A stretch of DNA of 63,471 bases, the filler included, from Licmophora abbreviata (taxonomy: Eukaryota), in NCBI GenBank assembly GCA_900291995.1. It is 16 parts of 16 records of this genome, joined end to end, with 100 filler letters (N's around TTAATTAATTAA, not from the genome) between each part and the next. Parts side by side here need not be neighbours in the genome. Positions count along the whole stretch, not along the records: positions 34,143 to 42,404 come from OLMU01003527.1; positions 42,505 to 44,053 come from OLMU01003528.1; positions 44,154 to 48,576 come from OLMU01003529.1; 13 more parts are not named here. The stretch is one strand, 5' to 3'. Shown here piece after piece: positions 36,598 to 47,973 of the stretch (position 1 is the first letter of the stretch; each line of letters begins with the position of its first letter). The notes beneath the pieces were generated by a model. It worked only from the letters and a program-made list of their open reading frames with translations, made no database searches and was not told the origin of the DNA. Made by a program: the position numbers and the translations under genes.

Positions 36598-38218
36598 TCA
36601 GTCGGTAATATCTTTTTCAAAACGCAAAATTCCGCCGTGTTCGACGACTCCGAGCAAACGGATGCTCTCTCCCCAGTAGGTCTTACCGGTTCCTGCCGAT
36701 GACTTTCGATCCTTCATAGCAAACAAACGATGCCTCATTTGAGTAGAAATCATCTCGCAGTAATTACCAAAGTGACCACTGGCCATGTTCTGTGCAGCTT
36801 GGTACACTCCTGCTAGCGTGGAGGGATAGTATGTGGACCCGCGAGCCCTCACGGCTGGATGCAGTATGCGGCAATGCACGCATCGTATTCCCACTTGACC
36901 TTTGACTAGTTTTCGGTTGCGACCTTGGGCGCTGGTCTGAGCGTCTTGATCGTCTGCCGCGAACAATTCAATGTTCTTGCGAACTAGACACTGAAAAGTT
37001 GACAAACTCTCGTCGTCCCAAGTTCTGTATAGAGTGACGACCCCTCCCAAATCTGGCGGTCCCACCTGTCCAGGAGCCCACAGAGGCGACGCGTCAGAGT
37101 CCCTTGACGGCTCTGTCACGACATTCGGCACCGTCGCACCGCTGTCGTGTCCCGTTGGGGGTGCACCTCCAGTGAGCAACGAGTTTCGTATCGGATCCAG
37201 TTCCTGAAGTAGAAGTAATCGGTACAATTTCTGCTGCTCCTCCAAGAGAACAGCAGCCAACAATGGATTCGATAGGGAGCTCTGAGGGTACATCAACGAA
37301 GGAGAAAGGCCACCTCCCATCATGGCAGCGTGATGGTATGCCGAAAGTGCAGCCTGATTCACGGGCATGGCAGTGGCAATGGACTGCAGTTGTTGTCCTT
37401 GCCCGAAGAACCCTCGAGACTCCGCGCTGTTCAAGGCAGAAGATTCGCCTCCTGGACGATTGCTCGTCGAAAAGCTTGGAAGCGCGTGTTGATTGAAATT
37501 CAGGATGGACGGTGTGTCGGTGGTAGTGTCGCTCCCTCGACGTTCCAGGTGCGCTCTACCCGGAGGTGCAACAGCAGGAAGCTGCCCGGAAGCGGCGTGC
37601 ACACTCCGGAGATGGATCAGATCATTCACAGTAAGCGGACGCTGTTGTGGGCGTTGCTGATCAAAGCGGGCAGTAGACTGCAAGGCCAATAGTTCATTCA
37701 CTGTGTGATGGCGAGTAAGCGTTGCGTGAGAGCCGTGAACTCCCGAGTGAGTTGACGCACTCGCCCTATATCATAGGTAACAGCAGATGCATGACAGTGG
37801 TAGGACCGACGCTCAAGGCACACTCACCTGGTATTTGTGCGAGCGGTGATTGCCGCATTAACATTGGGTTGGAGTGAAACGTTGTACTAGGATTAACATG
37901 CATCGACGGGTGCATCTGTGGATACTGTTCGGTGAGGATGTGGTTTCTTTGTAAAAAGTCTTGTTGCCGACTTCCAATATACCTTCGAGACGGAGGATCA
38001 TCGGTAGATTTCGCAGTCGTACTCGATAGCCCTGTTTCTTCAGCTTCCTTACTCTCATGTTCGTCTCGTTTTCGTTTGGCAGCACTTCCGGGCGAAGTAC
38101 GAGTTTCCGAAAGTTGCACCTCATCCGATCCACCAGGGCCTTCGGCCTGTCCTGTAGTAGTTGTCTCCTCTCGGCTCCCCTCCTCGGAGGAACTCCTGTC
38201 GCTCAGAGGAACGCTCAT
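36598..38218 (-). CDS. Putative nuclear regulator with a C-terminal Cys/His domain of the diatom-expanded GQVGIRC type
   Basis: NLS-like KRKR; Gln/Ala/Leu-rich linker; LSTFQCLVRKNIELF...GRN...GQVGIRCVHC...YYPSTLAGVYQAAQNMASGHFGNYC. Intron 37701-37827. Confidence 0.7.
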
Positions 38219-38648
38219 CTGTCACTCGCAGCCCGGATCCATGTGTTTTATTCGCAAGGTGATGGTGTATCGTGTGGAGGAAGAACGAACGGGGCGTCCA
38301 TCCAGCATCGTTTCAACTGCATTGAGGCAGTCGAGTTCAGAGTTCAACGTATTCAGAGCCTTCTTGTACCGCGGTACCCCGTGGGACCAATCTTCTTGAA
38401 GAACGACATGAATATCCCGAGCTGCGACATTTTGTACTTATCATGACGAGAAACTTCCGACTGAAAAAAGGCACTTTCGACAAAGATGAAAACACTGCCC
38501 TTCAGAAAGAATGAATCGGTTTGTACGTCTGTCAAAACTTTTCAGGCTCCCCTAATCGCGAGCAGCCATTCAATTTCGAATTTCAATAGGATCTGTAATG
38601 ATGTTGATGTGATATCGCTATGCACACATCATTGATGACCATCACAGC

Positions 38649-40499
38649 ATGATGGCGACCCCCCAACGGCTCTTTTGGCTCGCCCTCGTGACTACCACCG
38701 CTTCTTCATTCTTTCTCCCGCCCCCAGGCAAACAGAATCGAATACCGGATCTTCGTGCGAGCAACGATGGAGCACCCGAGGCACTGCAGCGCACAGCAGC
38801 GCACTTGGAGAAATTGAAGCGATCGGCAGAAAGAAGACCCGACACCGTCCAGGATGATGATCCGTTTGCGGAAGAACGAGAAACTCTGTATCGAGCATAC
38901 CTTCAAAGATCGGCGAATTCCCTCAAGGATGAGCTCAAATCTCGCGGTCTACGAAGGACGGGAAGAAAGCCAGATTTGGCAAGTCGACTGGCAGAATACG
39001 ACTTGCAGTCACGACATGGGGTTGCCACAGCTCAAAAAGGCCATCAAGACACAGCAACTGAATCACCATGGACAGGCAGTTTTGCCAAGGCTACAGTTGT
39101 GCAGGATTTTGCTGGAATTGTCCTGTCGGAGGCTGCAGGCCAGGCGCTCGGATCTGCTGGCTTTGAAGCTCCGTCGCCGATCCAGGCTGCTGCTATTCCG
39201 TCGCTTACTCAGGGGGAATCTGTGATTTTGCATGCAGAGACTGGTTCAGGAAAGACGCTTGCCTACTTGCTTCCCTTTACTGAAACGCTATGGCTAAACC
39301 AGGATGAAGAGCACCTAGGGTATACGATCATTATGACGCCTACTCGAGAACTAGCAGCTCAGGTTGCTGGGGTTGCCACTGTATTGTCGCCTCCGGGAAG
39401 TGTGCGTTTCGTTTCTCGGGCGACCAATTTGATGTCAGATGGCCTCAAAGAACGAGGTGAGCTCGAATATGGAGGTCGACTGGATGACGCGCCAGCAGGC
39501 GTGACACCACGTTTGTTTGTCGGTAGCGCCAAGGCCATTATGCACAGTTTGTATGGCGACGGTGTCATGCCAGCTTCCCCGACCACCAAACCAGAGGCCA
39601 TGTTCCTCTTGCGAAATGTCAAGTCTCTCGTTTTGGACGAGGTTGATCGACTGCTCCATGTTCAAAAGTCGCGCAGCGACAATTCTAAGCGTCGACACGA
39701 AAAGCCTGCTGCAGTCGTCGCTTCTGCCGTGGCGCGTCTCACGTTGGGACGAGCCCAAATCGTTGCTGCGAGTGCAACCGTCGGACGTCCATTGAAACGC
39801 GAAATGACACGAGTATTGGGACTCGCACCACAAGACTGTCCGCGCGTCATTCGAGCGGACGACGGGAACAAGAGGACGGAGCATGAGCAAAAGCACATGG
39901 GTCGCGCCGTGACTATCCCATCGACCGTGCGAAACTATGTCCTGCCCGTGGATGGCTCATCGGTTGGAAATCTTTTAACTTCTGCGTTCCGAACTATCCA
40001 ACGCCTGTCGTCAGGTCGTCAGCGACGCATTCTTCTCGTGCTGACTCGAGGCTGCGGTATAAACACCCAGAATGCGATTGGCGCACTAAAACACTTTCGA
40101 TGTCAACCGGAACCACAGTCATTGCTTGATGCTTTGGAGGCAAGTGGCACTGATCGATTGATCCAGGTACATCGAGAAGTATCGGGCGCCACTGGTCTCG
40201 GTGAATCGTCTGAGCTGGCAGGTGCGGGGGGCCAGCAAGAGGGGTATCTGCTAGTGACCGGGGAAGACTCTGTTCGAGGCTTGCACCTGGATGGGCTGGA
40301 CACTGTTATTCTTGTGGGTCGACCACATGGGCCCGACGAGTACACGCATATTGCAGGACGAACAGGACGAGCTGGCCAGACTGGAAGTGTCATCAGTGTC
40401 GTAAGCGATGCAAATGCTGCAGCATTGAGATCTTGGGAGCGAATGCTAGAGATCGACTTCGAGCGGTTGCAATTGAATGATTTAGAGAATTTGGAATGA
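38649..40499 (+). CDS. DEAD-box RNA helicase (DEVD) with N-terminal SAP domain; plastid-targeted; intronless
   Basis: Signal + TASSF; SAP SANSLKDELKSRGLRRTGRKPDLASRL; PSPIQ, AETGSGKT, PTRELA, DEVD, SAT, VRGLH, HIAGRTGRAG. Confidence 0.9.
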   Translation: MMATPQRLFWLALVTTTASSFFLPPPGKQNRIPDLRASNDGAPEALQRTAAHLEKLKRSAERRPDTVQDDDPFAEERETLYRAYLQRSANSLKDELKSRGLRRTGRKPDLASRLAEYDLQSRHGVATAQKGHQDTATESPWTGSFAKATVVQDFAGIVLSEAAGQALGSAGFEAPSPIQAAAIPSLTQGESVILHAETGSGKTLAYLLPFTETLWLNQDEEHLGYTIIMTPTRELAAQVAGVATVLSPPGSVRFVSRATNLMSDGLKERGELEYGGRLDDAPAGVTPRLFVGSAKAIMHSLYGDGVMPASPTTKPEAMFLLRNVKSLVLDEVDRLLHVQKSRSDNSKRRHEKPAAVVASAVARLTLGRAQIVAASATVGRPLKREMTRVLGLAPQDCPRVIRADDGNKRTEHEQKHMGRAVTIPSTVRNYVLPVDGSSVGNLLTSAFRTIQRLSSGRQRRILLVLTRGCGINTQNAIGALKHFRCQPEPQSLLDALEASGTDRLIQVHREVSGATGLGESSELAGAGGQQEGYLLVTGEDSVRGLHLDGLDTVILVGRPHGPDEYTHIAGRTGRAGQTGSVISVVSDANAAALRSWERMLEIDFERLQLNDLENLE

Positions 40500-41029
40500 A
40501 ACCACGGTAAAGGTCGCGTTCTGGAGTCAACAGCCGACGTAATGGCATAGTGTAGCCATGAACACTCGAAGTAGACTACTCCGGAGTAGGGTTTGAGTTT
40601 TTGCGTCCTTTGTTCTCTCTTCACTTCGTTTCGCGGTCAAACGGGTCAAACGAGGACCCGCGCGCAGTGTCACCGCTAGGCAGATTACGGCGCGGGTTTT
40701 CTCGCGTCGCTTTTGCACGCTTTTCACTTTTTGGAGTCACAATTTCGAGTTTCGGATGCTCGTGGGCAACACCATAAAAGGCCTCTTCTACCATCAGTAT
40801 GTGTCGACAAACTTGTTCGATCCCGACTATCCACATCCACTGCGCAGTCCCGAATGACTGGAACATCTCCCAGAGGACCCGCGGATTGCACTGCATAGCT
40901 AGCGAGAGCGACAGTAGCTCTCGAGCCCAAGTTCTTGCTTCTTCGGCCCTTGACCCTCTCTTTGTCGAAAGCCGAGCCCAACTATCAAAGCGACTCGACT
41001 CGCCTTCAAAGCACCAAGCAAAAGTTCAA

Positions 41030-42147
41030 ATGAATCGAGGAAGTTCCTTTCCTCGACCATTGGTGCTCCTCGTGGTGATTGTAGTCATCATGCTGGAACG
41101 CTTTGCCTTTGTCACCAAATGGGGCCCGGATACGTCCACTCTTCGGACTCTCATCTGGACGATTCGGTTGCCGCCGTTCCCAACACGGAACAGAGCAACA
41201 GTTCCACTGTTCCCTCGCCACTCGTGTCCTTTGCATGGGACTCTTTGCCACCGAAAAGTGGCCACGGCGTGATATTTTGTGCCTATAGCAAAGACACAAA
41301 CGTCTCTCTCCCACTGTTCTTTGAGGAGGCGGCGACCTCTGCGTCGATGCTCAAAGCCAAGAATCCTTCCATACAAACGGCCATGATTACAAATGCACCA
41401 AGGAAGGATGTGCCTGCTGTATTCGACAAAGTCGTCACCGTGGCTGATAGCATGCTCTTTTCAGGTGAAAGTTCTCGCAATGATGGTGTCTTCCGACAGT
41501 GGTTCAGCCGGATCTACTATTTGGCGCACTCGCCGTTTGAAACAACGTGGTATTTCGACTCGCATGCTCACTTCTTGACCACAGAGATGGAAGGAGCCTT
41601 TGAAGAATTTGAGAGTGGCGACATTGATTTTGCTGTTGCGAACCAAATTCCACAAAGTTTTCATTGCCACAATTTTGCAATGCTGTACAAATGGAATGAT
41701 CGGGTGCGGGCCCTCTTTGTGGATTGGTTGCTACGTCAACTCGAGTCGGGCGTATCCAAGGATGATCAAGGTACATTATGCCAAGCCCTCAAGAGCGCTG
41801 GAAAGCAATACGATCTTGTGTATGGAGCAATTTCTCCACAGTGGTCCCTCGCTTTACTCTCGTTGAACTGGGGACCGGAAAGGACGTGGTGGAGGCATCG
41901 GACTACTGGAGTGATCACCGGAAAGGCCCATGTGTGCCACTCCAACTGGGGTAACTCATGCGAGATGGCAGCCAAAACGCAGGAAGATCCTCGCATACTC
42001 TACCTGGACTCGAAAGATCCTGTGCAAACATTCCGAAGCTTTTACTCCCCTGCGGACTGTAAAAGCGCGGGGCTGTTGCCCTACGAGCATCCTCTGAAGG
42101 TATTCCACAGCACATCCGCGGTTGCTACTAGGAAGTTAGTTCCATAG
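41030..42147 (+). CDS. Type II membrane GT-A fold (nucleotide-diphospho-sugar transferase-like) protein; frameshift near 41117-41119
   Basis: MNRGSSFPRP + TM LVLLVVIVVIML in one frame; adding one A at ACC AAA TGG joins the 41119 ORF; EEAATSASMLK, SRIYYLAHSPFETTWYFDSH, DDQGTL. Confidence 0.6.
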
Positions 42148-42749
42148 ATCGCGATTCAAAAGCCTGAGCGGCGAAGGCTCACGACGACCGCTGTCAGAGC
42201 TGCGTCATAAATACGATAGACTGTCTCAGCGGGAAGCGGTTTGTTGGTGATCGACACACAGCAACATCGATTTATAGCAACACCACCTTTGATCATTCGT
42301 CCCAACTCCTAAAAATCCTGCTGGGCTCTCTAGTCAACTCCTTTCATCGGGAATAACAGACTAGATTACCTACAGTTATTTTAAGCTCCTAAGGATCCCT
42401 TCATNNNNNNNNNNNNNNNNNNNNNNNNNNNNNNNNNNNNNNNNNNNNTTAATTAATTAANNNNNNNNNNNNNNNNNNNNNNNNNNNNNNNNNNNNNNNN
42501 NNNNATTACCTACAGTTATTTTAAGCTCCTAAGGATCCCTTCATCGGCACAGGAAGACCGGTTCAAAAATGATCGAGGCGTTTGATGGCAGAGCTGAGAG
42601 CTCGGAGCTCGCTCGCGGTGCTGCTGTGTGTCTGTCGTCGGTCGTCGTTTGAGCATTATGATACGATGGGGAGGATACTCGTACATCAGCAGCTGCAACA
42701 TCAGTGTGCTGCCGTTCGATTTCTTCTTTCTGTCTAGACTGCTTGAACA

Positions 42750-43993
42750 ATGCCTTCCTCTGCCGTGTCAGAGACGCCCATAGCAGCGTCTATGGACGTG
42801 GTGGAGATGGACGACTATTTACTCTCGCTGCTTATGCCGAGAATACGAACCATCATTCGTACGTCGAAAGCCATGCTGTTTCGAAACACGACGCCTGGAG
42901 ACGACTCTGCTGCTTGGGATCTGGTGTTGATGGCAATTCTACGGGCTGCTACCTTGTATATATCTCGAGGGCAGACGCCAGCGACACAGGCTCTGGGAGT
43001 AAAGGCATCGGAAGATTCGACGAAAGAGTCTATCGGCACGGTGAGCCCCACTTCCCGCCTGAGCTCCTTGTTTCTAGCCAAGTGGATCCTCTTCTCTGTG
43101 ACTATACCTACGATATATCGACTGCTACAGTTGTGGAAGGACCGACTGGATGATGAGGAGCGACATGTTCATGGGGGCGAAAGCTCTGGCACAGCGACCG
43201 ACGACAGCGCCGACGAAGACAGGCGCAGTCTGAACAGAATAGCTCGACAACGAAAGCGGCAAGTGCTCGAGTACGTGCTAGACTTGGCTCGACAGACTGT
43301 TCCAATTGTACGGTTTGGGACGTTACTAGGTTACTGGATACGGACGTCCACATTCCTCCCAACCGCTTCTGCTCCGGGACTGGCCATGGTGTTGGCTGGC
43401 GTGACCTATACAACGCATCAGTCGACTTTACAACACCAACGTCCGATTATGAATGTCAGGTATGCGCACCGACGATGGCTCTTAGACGAAGTGTTTCGGA
43501 CAGGGAGGATGCTTTCGTTCGCGGAAGCAGTGTCGGGTGTGCGATCCTTGTACGACGGGTAAGAAGGATTTTCTTGAGCATATTTGAAAAAGTCAGTCGA
43601 CCAAAGCCACTCACTGTTCATTCGCCGACTTGTTCCCCAGACTTCTGTTGCCGCTCAGAGAGAAGTTGGCGTCATTTCGCGCTTTGGAGTTGAATGATGG
43701 GACAACGCTGGCGACAAACCGGTAAGTGCTTGTCAATCGCGTGAAGCAGCGTGTCCTTTCTCGAACCGGCTGACTTGCTCATTCGCGTTGACACTATAAC
43801 TTGCAGATCCTGCCCCTTGTGCGGAACCGACGCAATCACCATTCCATATCAAACGAATTGTGGGCATATTCATTGCTATTCCTGCTTGTGGACTTCTCAA
43901 CAAAACCCGAGAGACGCCTCGGGATCACTATCATGTCGTTTGTGTCGACAGGTTATCGTTTCGGCAACTCGATATGACGACGACGACTCGTAA
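42750..43993 (+). CDS. PEX2: Peroxisomal RING peroxin, PEX2-like
   Basis: Pex2/Pex12 N-domain (SMDVVEMDDYL, GQTPATQALG, MNVRYAHRRWL). Introns 43559-43640 and 43722-43806. C3HC4 RING CPLC...CGHIHCYSC...CRLC. Confidence 0.78.
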
Positions 43994-44250
43994 AGACAGT
44001 TGCCGCCACGGTTCAAACACATAGATGCATTTATAAATTCAGTTTATTCTAACNNNNNNNNNNNNNNNNNNNNNNNNNNNNNNNNNNNNNNNNNNNNTTA
44101 ATTAATTAANNNNNNNNNNNNNNNNNNNNNNNNNNNNNNNNNNNNNNNNNNNNCATAGATGCATTTATAAATTCAGTTTATTCTAACACAAAGTAAAACC
44201 TCCCCCCGACGGAACTTTGATCTGGACATGTCTCCCACACTGTACGTTCA

Positions 44251-45714
44251 TCACAGACGGACACTTTCGAGATCACTGTCGTCTTGTAGCTCCTGCTGCA
44301 ATTGGCGATAATCTGATCTTGCCCGACGCGAATGTGAACCCGCAGAGTCTTCCATAGATGCATTGTCCTCCTCGCTTATGGGCGACAGATATGCAAACTG
44401 TGGCGGGTCCGTCGATCCTTGTGATGACACCTCAAGGGTTGTGCCCCCGGAGATACTAGTACTCTCTTGAGACGGAGGGGCCTTTTCGTAAGCAGAGTCA
44501 CTTTGATCTCGACGCCTTTTGTACAAGTACAAAATAGCCCCTCCCGACACTAGCACCCCTGCTGCCACAATCAACGCTACGGCAGAGGCACTCAAGCTTG
44601 ATGTTTTCTTCCCGGTGGCCTGTTCGAGGGATGAAGTGGAGGAGAATACATTGTCGTCTGGAAGCTTTTCATTCATTGAAAGCACAAGAACCTCCATGAG
44701 CTCTCCTTGGAACGCCGTGACCAAGAGACCGTCCAACTCACGCTTTCGGGGAGTTCGCGGTGATTCAGGATCGAACTTTGCCTCGGCGATGTAATCAATA
44801 CGAATGGGCTCTCCAGGGAGGTAGGTGCCTCCGTTATAAAAGAGATTGAGATGTTCGAACTCGATTCTGTTGGTCTCAGAGAAGAGCTCAGAATAGTACC
44901 GTTGAAGAAACTCTTCGGTCACACTCATGGTAGCAAGGTAATCTTGCTTGGATGGAACTGTATCATCTTTCACCGTGTGAAGCACGGCGAAGTTTGACAT
45001 TTCTACCTTACCATCTTCTTCGGGCGTAACCGGTTGAGCTGTAACAGGAGACGGTCTCCTCGTAGCGGTCGGTCGCCGAGTTCCTCTCGTAGGTGTGGGT
45101 TCCAATGTAGAAACTGGCCGTCGTGAGTTGTCACCGCTGGGACCAGTAAAGCCGGAGATACTTGGTTGACTGGTCGGGGCAAGATCGATTGGGATCGGTT
45201 GTACCGAAGGCATTGGCGACATTGAAGGCCCTGGACGAGGAGTCGGCTTGGGCGTTGGCTTAGGCGTTGGCTTGGGCGTTGGCTTAGTCGGCATCGGTTT
45301 CGGAGTAGGCTTATCACATGACGTCCCTCCTTTTCCCTTTTTCCCCTTTGATGAACACCCGCCCTTCTTGCCTGAGCTGCTCTTGCTGCTCTTGCTACTT
45401 TTGCTACCCTTTCTGCTGGGTTCCGGCTTCGTTGGCTTTGACACCGGTTTCCTCGTAGGTTTTGAGACTGGTTTCTTCGTGGGCTTTGGAGATGGCTTTC
45501 CATCATAAATATTCGTACGATCAAAGTCTTGACCAGGAAGAGCCCCTTCCCTTCCGTTTAGAAGATGCGGGTGCTCATTGTGATACCATCGGCTCCTCTC
45601 AATCATTGTGTCGCCGCGGAACGGATCCTCAAAGGTCTCCTCGAAGGCATCAATCTTTGGGACCAGGCCCATCAGAAGTGGTGCGATACAAAGCAGAAGG
45701 GATAGCCACATCAT
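44251..45714 (-). CDS. Type I membrane protein with signal peptide, Lys/Ser/Gly cluster, KPTP repeats and an uncharacterised luminal domain (paralog A)
   Basis: Signal MMWLSLLLCIAPLLMGLV; KGSKSSKSSKSSSGKKGGCSSKGKKGKGG; (KPTP)n; globular domain ending NVFSSTSSLE; TM AVALIVAAGVLVSGGAILYLY followed by KRRR. Confidence 0.85.
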   Translation of the reverse strand: MMWLSLLLCIAPLLMGLVPKIDAFEETFEDPFRGDTMIERSRWYHNEHPHLLNGREGALPGQDFDRTNIYDGKPSPKPTKKPVSKPTRKPVSKPTKPEPSRKGSKSSKSSKSSSGKKGGCSSKGKKGKGGTSCDKPTPKPMPTKPTPKPTPKPTPKPTPRPGPSMSPMPSVQPIPIDLAPTSQPSISGFTGPSGDNSRRPVSTLEPTPTRGTRRPTATRRPSPVTAQPVTPEEDGKVEMSNFAVLHTVKDDTVPSKQDYLATMSVTEEFLQRYYSELFSETNRIEFEHLNLFYNGGTYLPGEPIRIDYIAEAKFDPESPRTPRKRELDGLLVTAFQGELMEVLVLSMNEKLPDDNVFSSTSSLEQATGKKTSSLSASAVALIVAAGVLVSGGAILYLYKRRRDQSDSAYEKAPPSQESTSISGGTTLEVSSQGSTDPPQFAYLSPISEEDNASMEDSAGSHSRRARSDYRQLQQELQDDSDLESVRL

Positions 45715-45789
45715 TACAAACGTTGGCTTCGAATGATCATGGATTGCTTACGTGACAGTTGTGGTTGCCCTGGGAGATTGGGGTGGATG

Positions 45790-45836
45790 CCAAAAACGTG
45801 AGTTCTCGCGCCAAAATTTTGATCTGCATGCGTTGG
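45790..45836. promoter_or_regulatory. Putative cis-regulatory module upstream of paralog A
   Basis: CCAAAAACGTGAG (45790-45802), GCCAAAATTTTGA (45810-45822), GCATGCGTTGG (45826-45836); all three recur upstream of paralog B. Confidence 0.6.
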
Positions 45837-46065
45837 GTCTTGATGTGTGATTGAAAAATATCATGACAGACAGTTTGAGAGAATGGGTTCTTACATTATG
45901 AAGTAGTGTAATCAATCAAATGTTTATACAAACTTCAAACATATATACTATGATATTCCCCTTCTGCTCTTCCCTTGCTCATCAGTTACACGAATCGCCG
46001 CTAGTAGGCACGCAAACATTGACTGTACCGGTATCACCACCACGGTGCTGGATGTACCTGGCACC

Positions 46066-47916
46066 TCATGAGTCGCTACCGGTAGTGTTATCTTCGACAT
46101 CTCCCTCCGAGCTACCGGTATCCGTCGCCTCTACCTCCTCTTCGCTCTCGCTGCTCCCCTCTGATTGGGCTGTCTCTGATTCTTCATCTTGACTTTCCCT
46201 TCCTTCATCGATATCTTCGCTATCATCCATGGACAACATATCCATATCGCGGAGCACTCTCATTTCGTTCACATTCGTGTCCCCTTTATTTCCAATTTGT
46301 TCGTCTGGTAGCTCCACATTGTCTTCTTCGTCACCAGGACAAGCTTGGTATGTCGTCATTAGCATCACAGGAGGAGGAGGTGGATTCGAGGTCATGGATG
46401 CAGTGTCTCCAGCGTTCGAAAATTCAACCGTACCGGCGTCTTCAGGCGCAATGTCATCTTCCTTCGTCGGTACCCGTTCCCCCCGATTGCGTCGTCGCTT
46501 GACGAAGAAAAAGAGGAAAATGCAAATAACAGTAGCTGCGCCAGCTACAGCGCCAATAATTGGACCCAGATTTTGGTTCTTGCTCTTGGAGTTCACCGAG
46601 GGGTCGCCATTGACTTGTCCGCCGGCGCCAATGTCAGCGACGCACTCTACTCCCGTCGTACTTGAGAATGGGTTGCTCGAATCAAATTCTTGTAGAAGGT
46701 CAACATAGAGCTGAAGTTGATCGCCACCAGAACACAGGAGCCGACCAAAGATGTCATCCAATTCGCCCTTTGTAGGAATGGTCCCATCGAACCCGAACGC
46801 TGTTCCGCTTTTATAGCGGACGACGAAGGTAGACATTGTTGACAACTCATTCACATTCGAACCTATAAACACGACGTTGGTCGCACTAAGGAAATGTGCG
46901 TACAGAAAGTCATCAAGGAACCACCCAGTGAGGTGGGCTAGATCCTCGTAATGCTTTCGTTCCGGAGCCTTTGACCCTGTAGAGACCAGATATTGAAGTG
47001 AAATCTCGTTGGTAATTTCAGCTAGATCTCCGGATCCGTACGCTGAACAAAACGACGAAAGGCGTGATGAGTTTCAGCAATTTTTATGATGGCATCAGCT
47101 CAAACATAGACCCATTGACTTACGATCACCTGAATCTCCCTCTCCAGTCGGCTTTGATGGTCCCTTGGTGGGCGATGTTCCTGTCCCCCCATTGTCGGAA
47201 GTGTCGACGCTATTTCCTGTTTTCCGGCTGCTGTCTGTTCCGTCGGAGTCACTGCCAGATGAATCATCGGTACCAGACATATCAGAGGTACCAGATGAAT
47301 CATCGGTGCCAGACATATCGGTGGTACCAGACGAATCATCGGTGCCAGCTGAATCGGTGGGACCGGAGGAGTCGCTACCGGCGCCGCCATTCCCTTTGCC
47401 CGGATTGTCGTATGAGGAGCTGTCATCACTTGACGCGTCATCAAACGACGATTTATTTCTTGGAATTTTGGAGTGACCTAACTTGTCTTTCTTCTGGCGT
47501 TTACGCTTCTTGCCTTTGCTGCTCCCTTTGCCGCTTCTTTTGCTACTTCCTTTGCCTCCCTTTCCCTCCCCCTTGCCACTTTCGTCAATGCTGCCTGAGT
47601 TCACGTCCAGTCCACCTGCGTTCGCGGTGACTGTTATTGGTTCGAGTTGTACATCCTTTGTTGTATACTCATACGAAATCAAGTCGTTTATATCACCGTC
47701 CACCTCCCCTAAGGTAAAGTCTCCGTTCGCGTTTCCGACCGGTACATCACCATGCCAATCACCAAAAACCCGTCGACTGCCCTTCGGTTGAGAAAGCGAT
47801 CTCCGGCTACGGATGCTGCCTCGGTTCCGCTTGCTTTCAATGCCGAGCGTGAAGCTACTGGCGCTTAGCAAGATCAAGGATAATATCCACCGATTGCAGA
47901 AGCGGTCGTTCTTCAT
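46066..47916 (-). CDS. Type I membrane protein with signal peptide, RxL motif, Lys/Ser/Gly cluster, acidic repeats and the same luminal domain (paralog B)
   Basis: Intron 47043-47123 joins ORFs 47095-47916 and 46066-46872 in frame; RRSL; GKGEGKGGKGSSKRSGKGSSKGKKRKR; domain ending NPFSSTTGVE; TM IIGAVAGAATVICIFLFFFV followed by KRRR; acidic cytosolic tail. Confidence 0.85.
47254..47350 (-). repeat. 36-nt coding tandem repeat (GTDDSSGT(T/S)DMS), about 2.5 copies
   Basis: Repeated ccagatgaatcatcggt(a/g)ccagacatatc units on the + strand. Confidence 0.85.
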
Positions 47917-47973
47917 GGCTCAAACGTTCCTTGACTAATATTGTGTTCCTTGGAGGTCACGGCCTCTCCTTCC

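Noticed and set aside
42365..42544. Exact 40-bp direct repeat (42365-42404 and 42505-42544)
   Set aside because: The copies sit immediately on either side of a linker: unmerged contig overlap, not a target-site duplication
44020..44187. Exact 34-bp direct repeat (44020-44053 and 44154-44187)
   Set aside because: Same contig-overlap artefact across a linker
47840..47916. ASSF after the signal peptide of paralog B, suggesting plastid targeting
   Set aside because: The downstream RxL motif, Lys clusters, C-terminal TM and the paralog's architecture fit a secretory type I membrane protein better; not fully excluded
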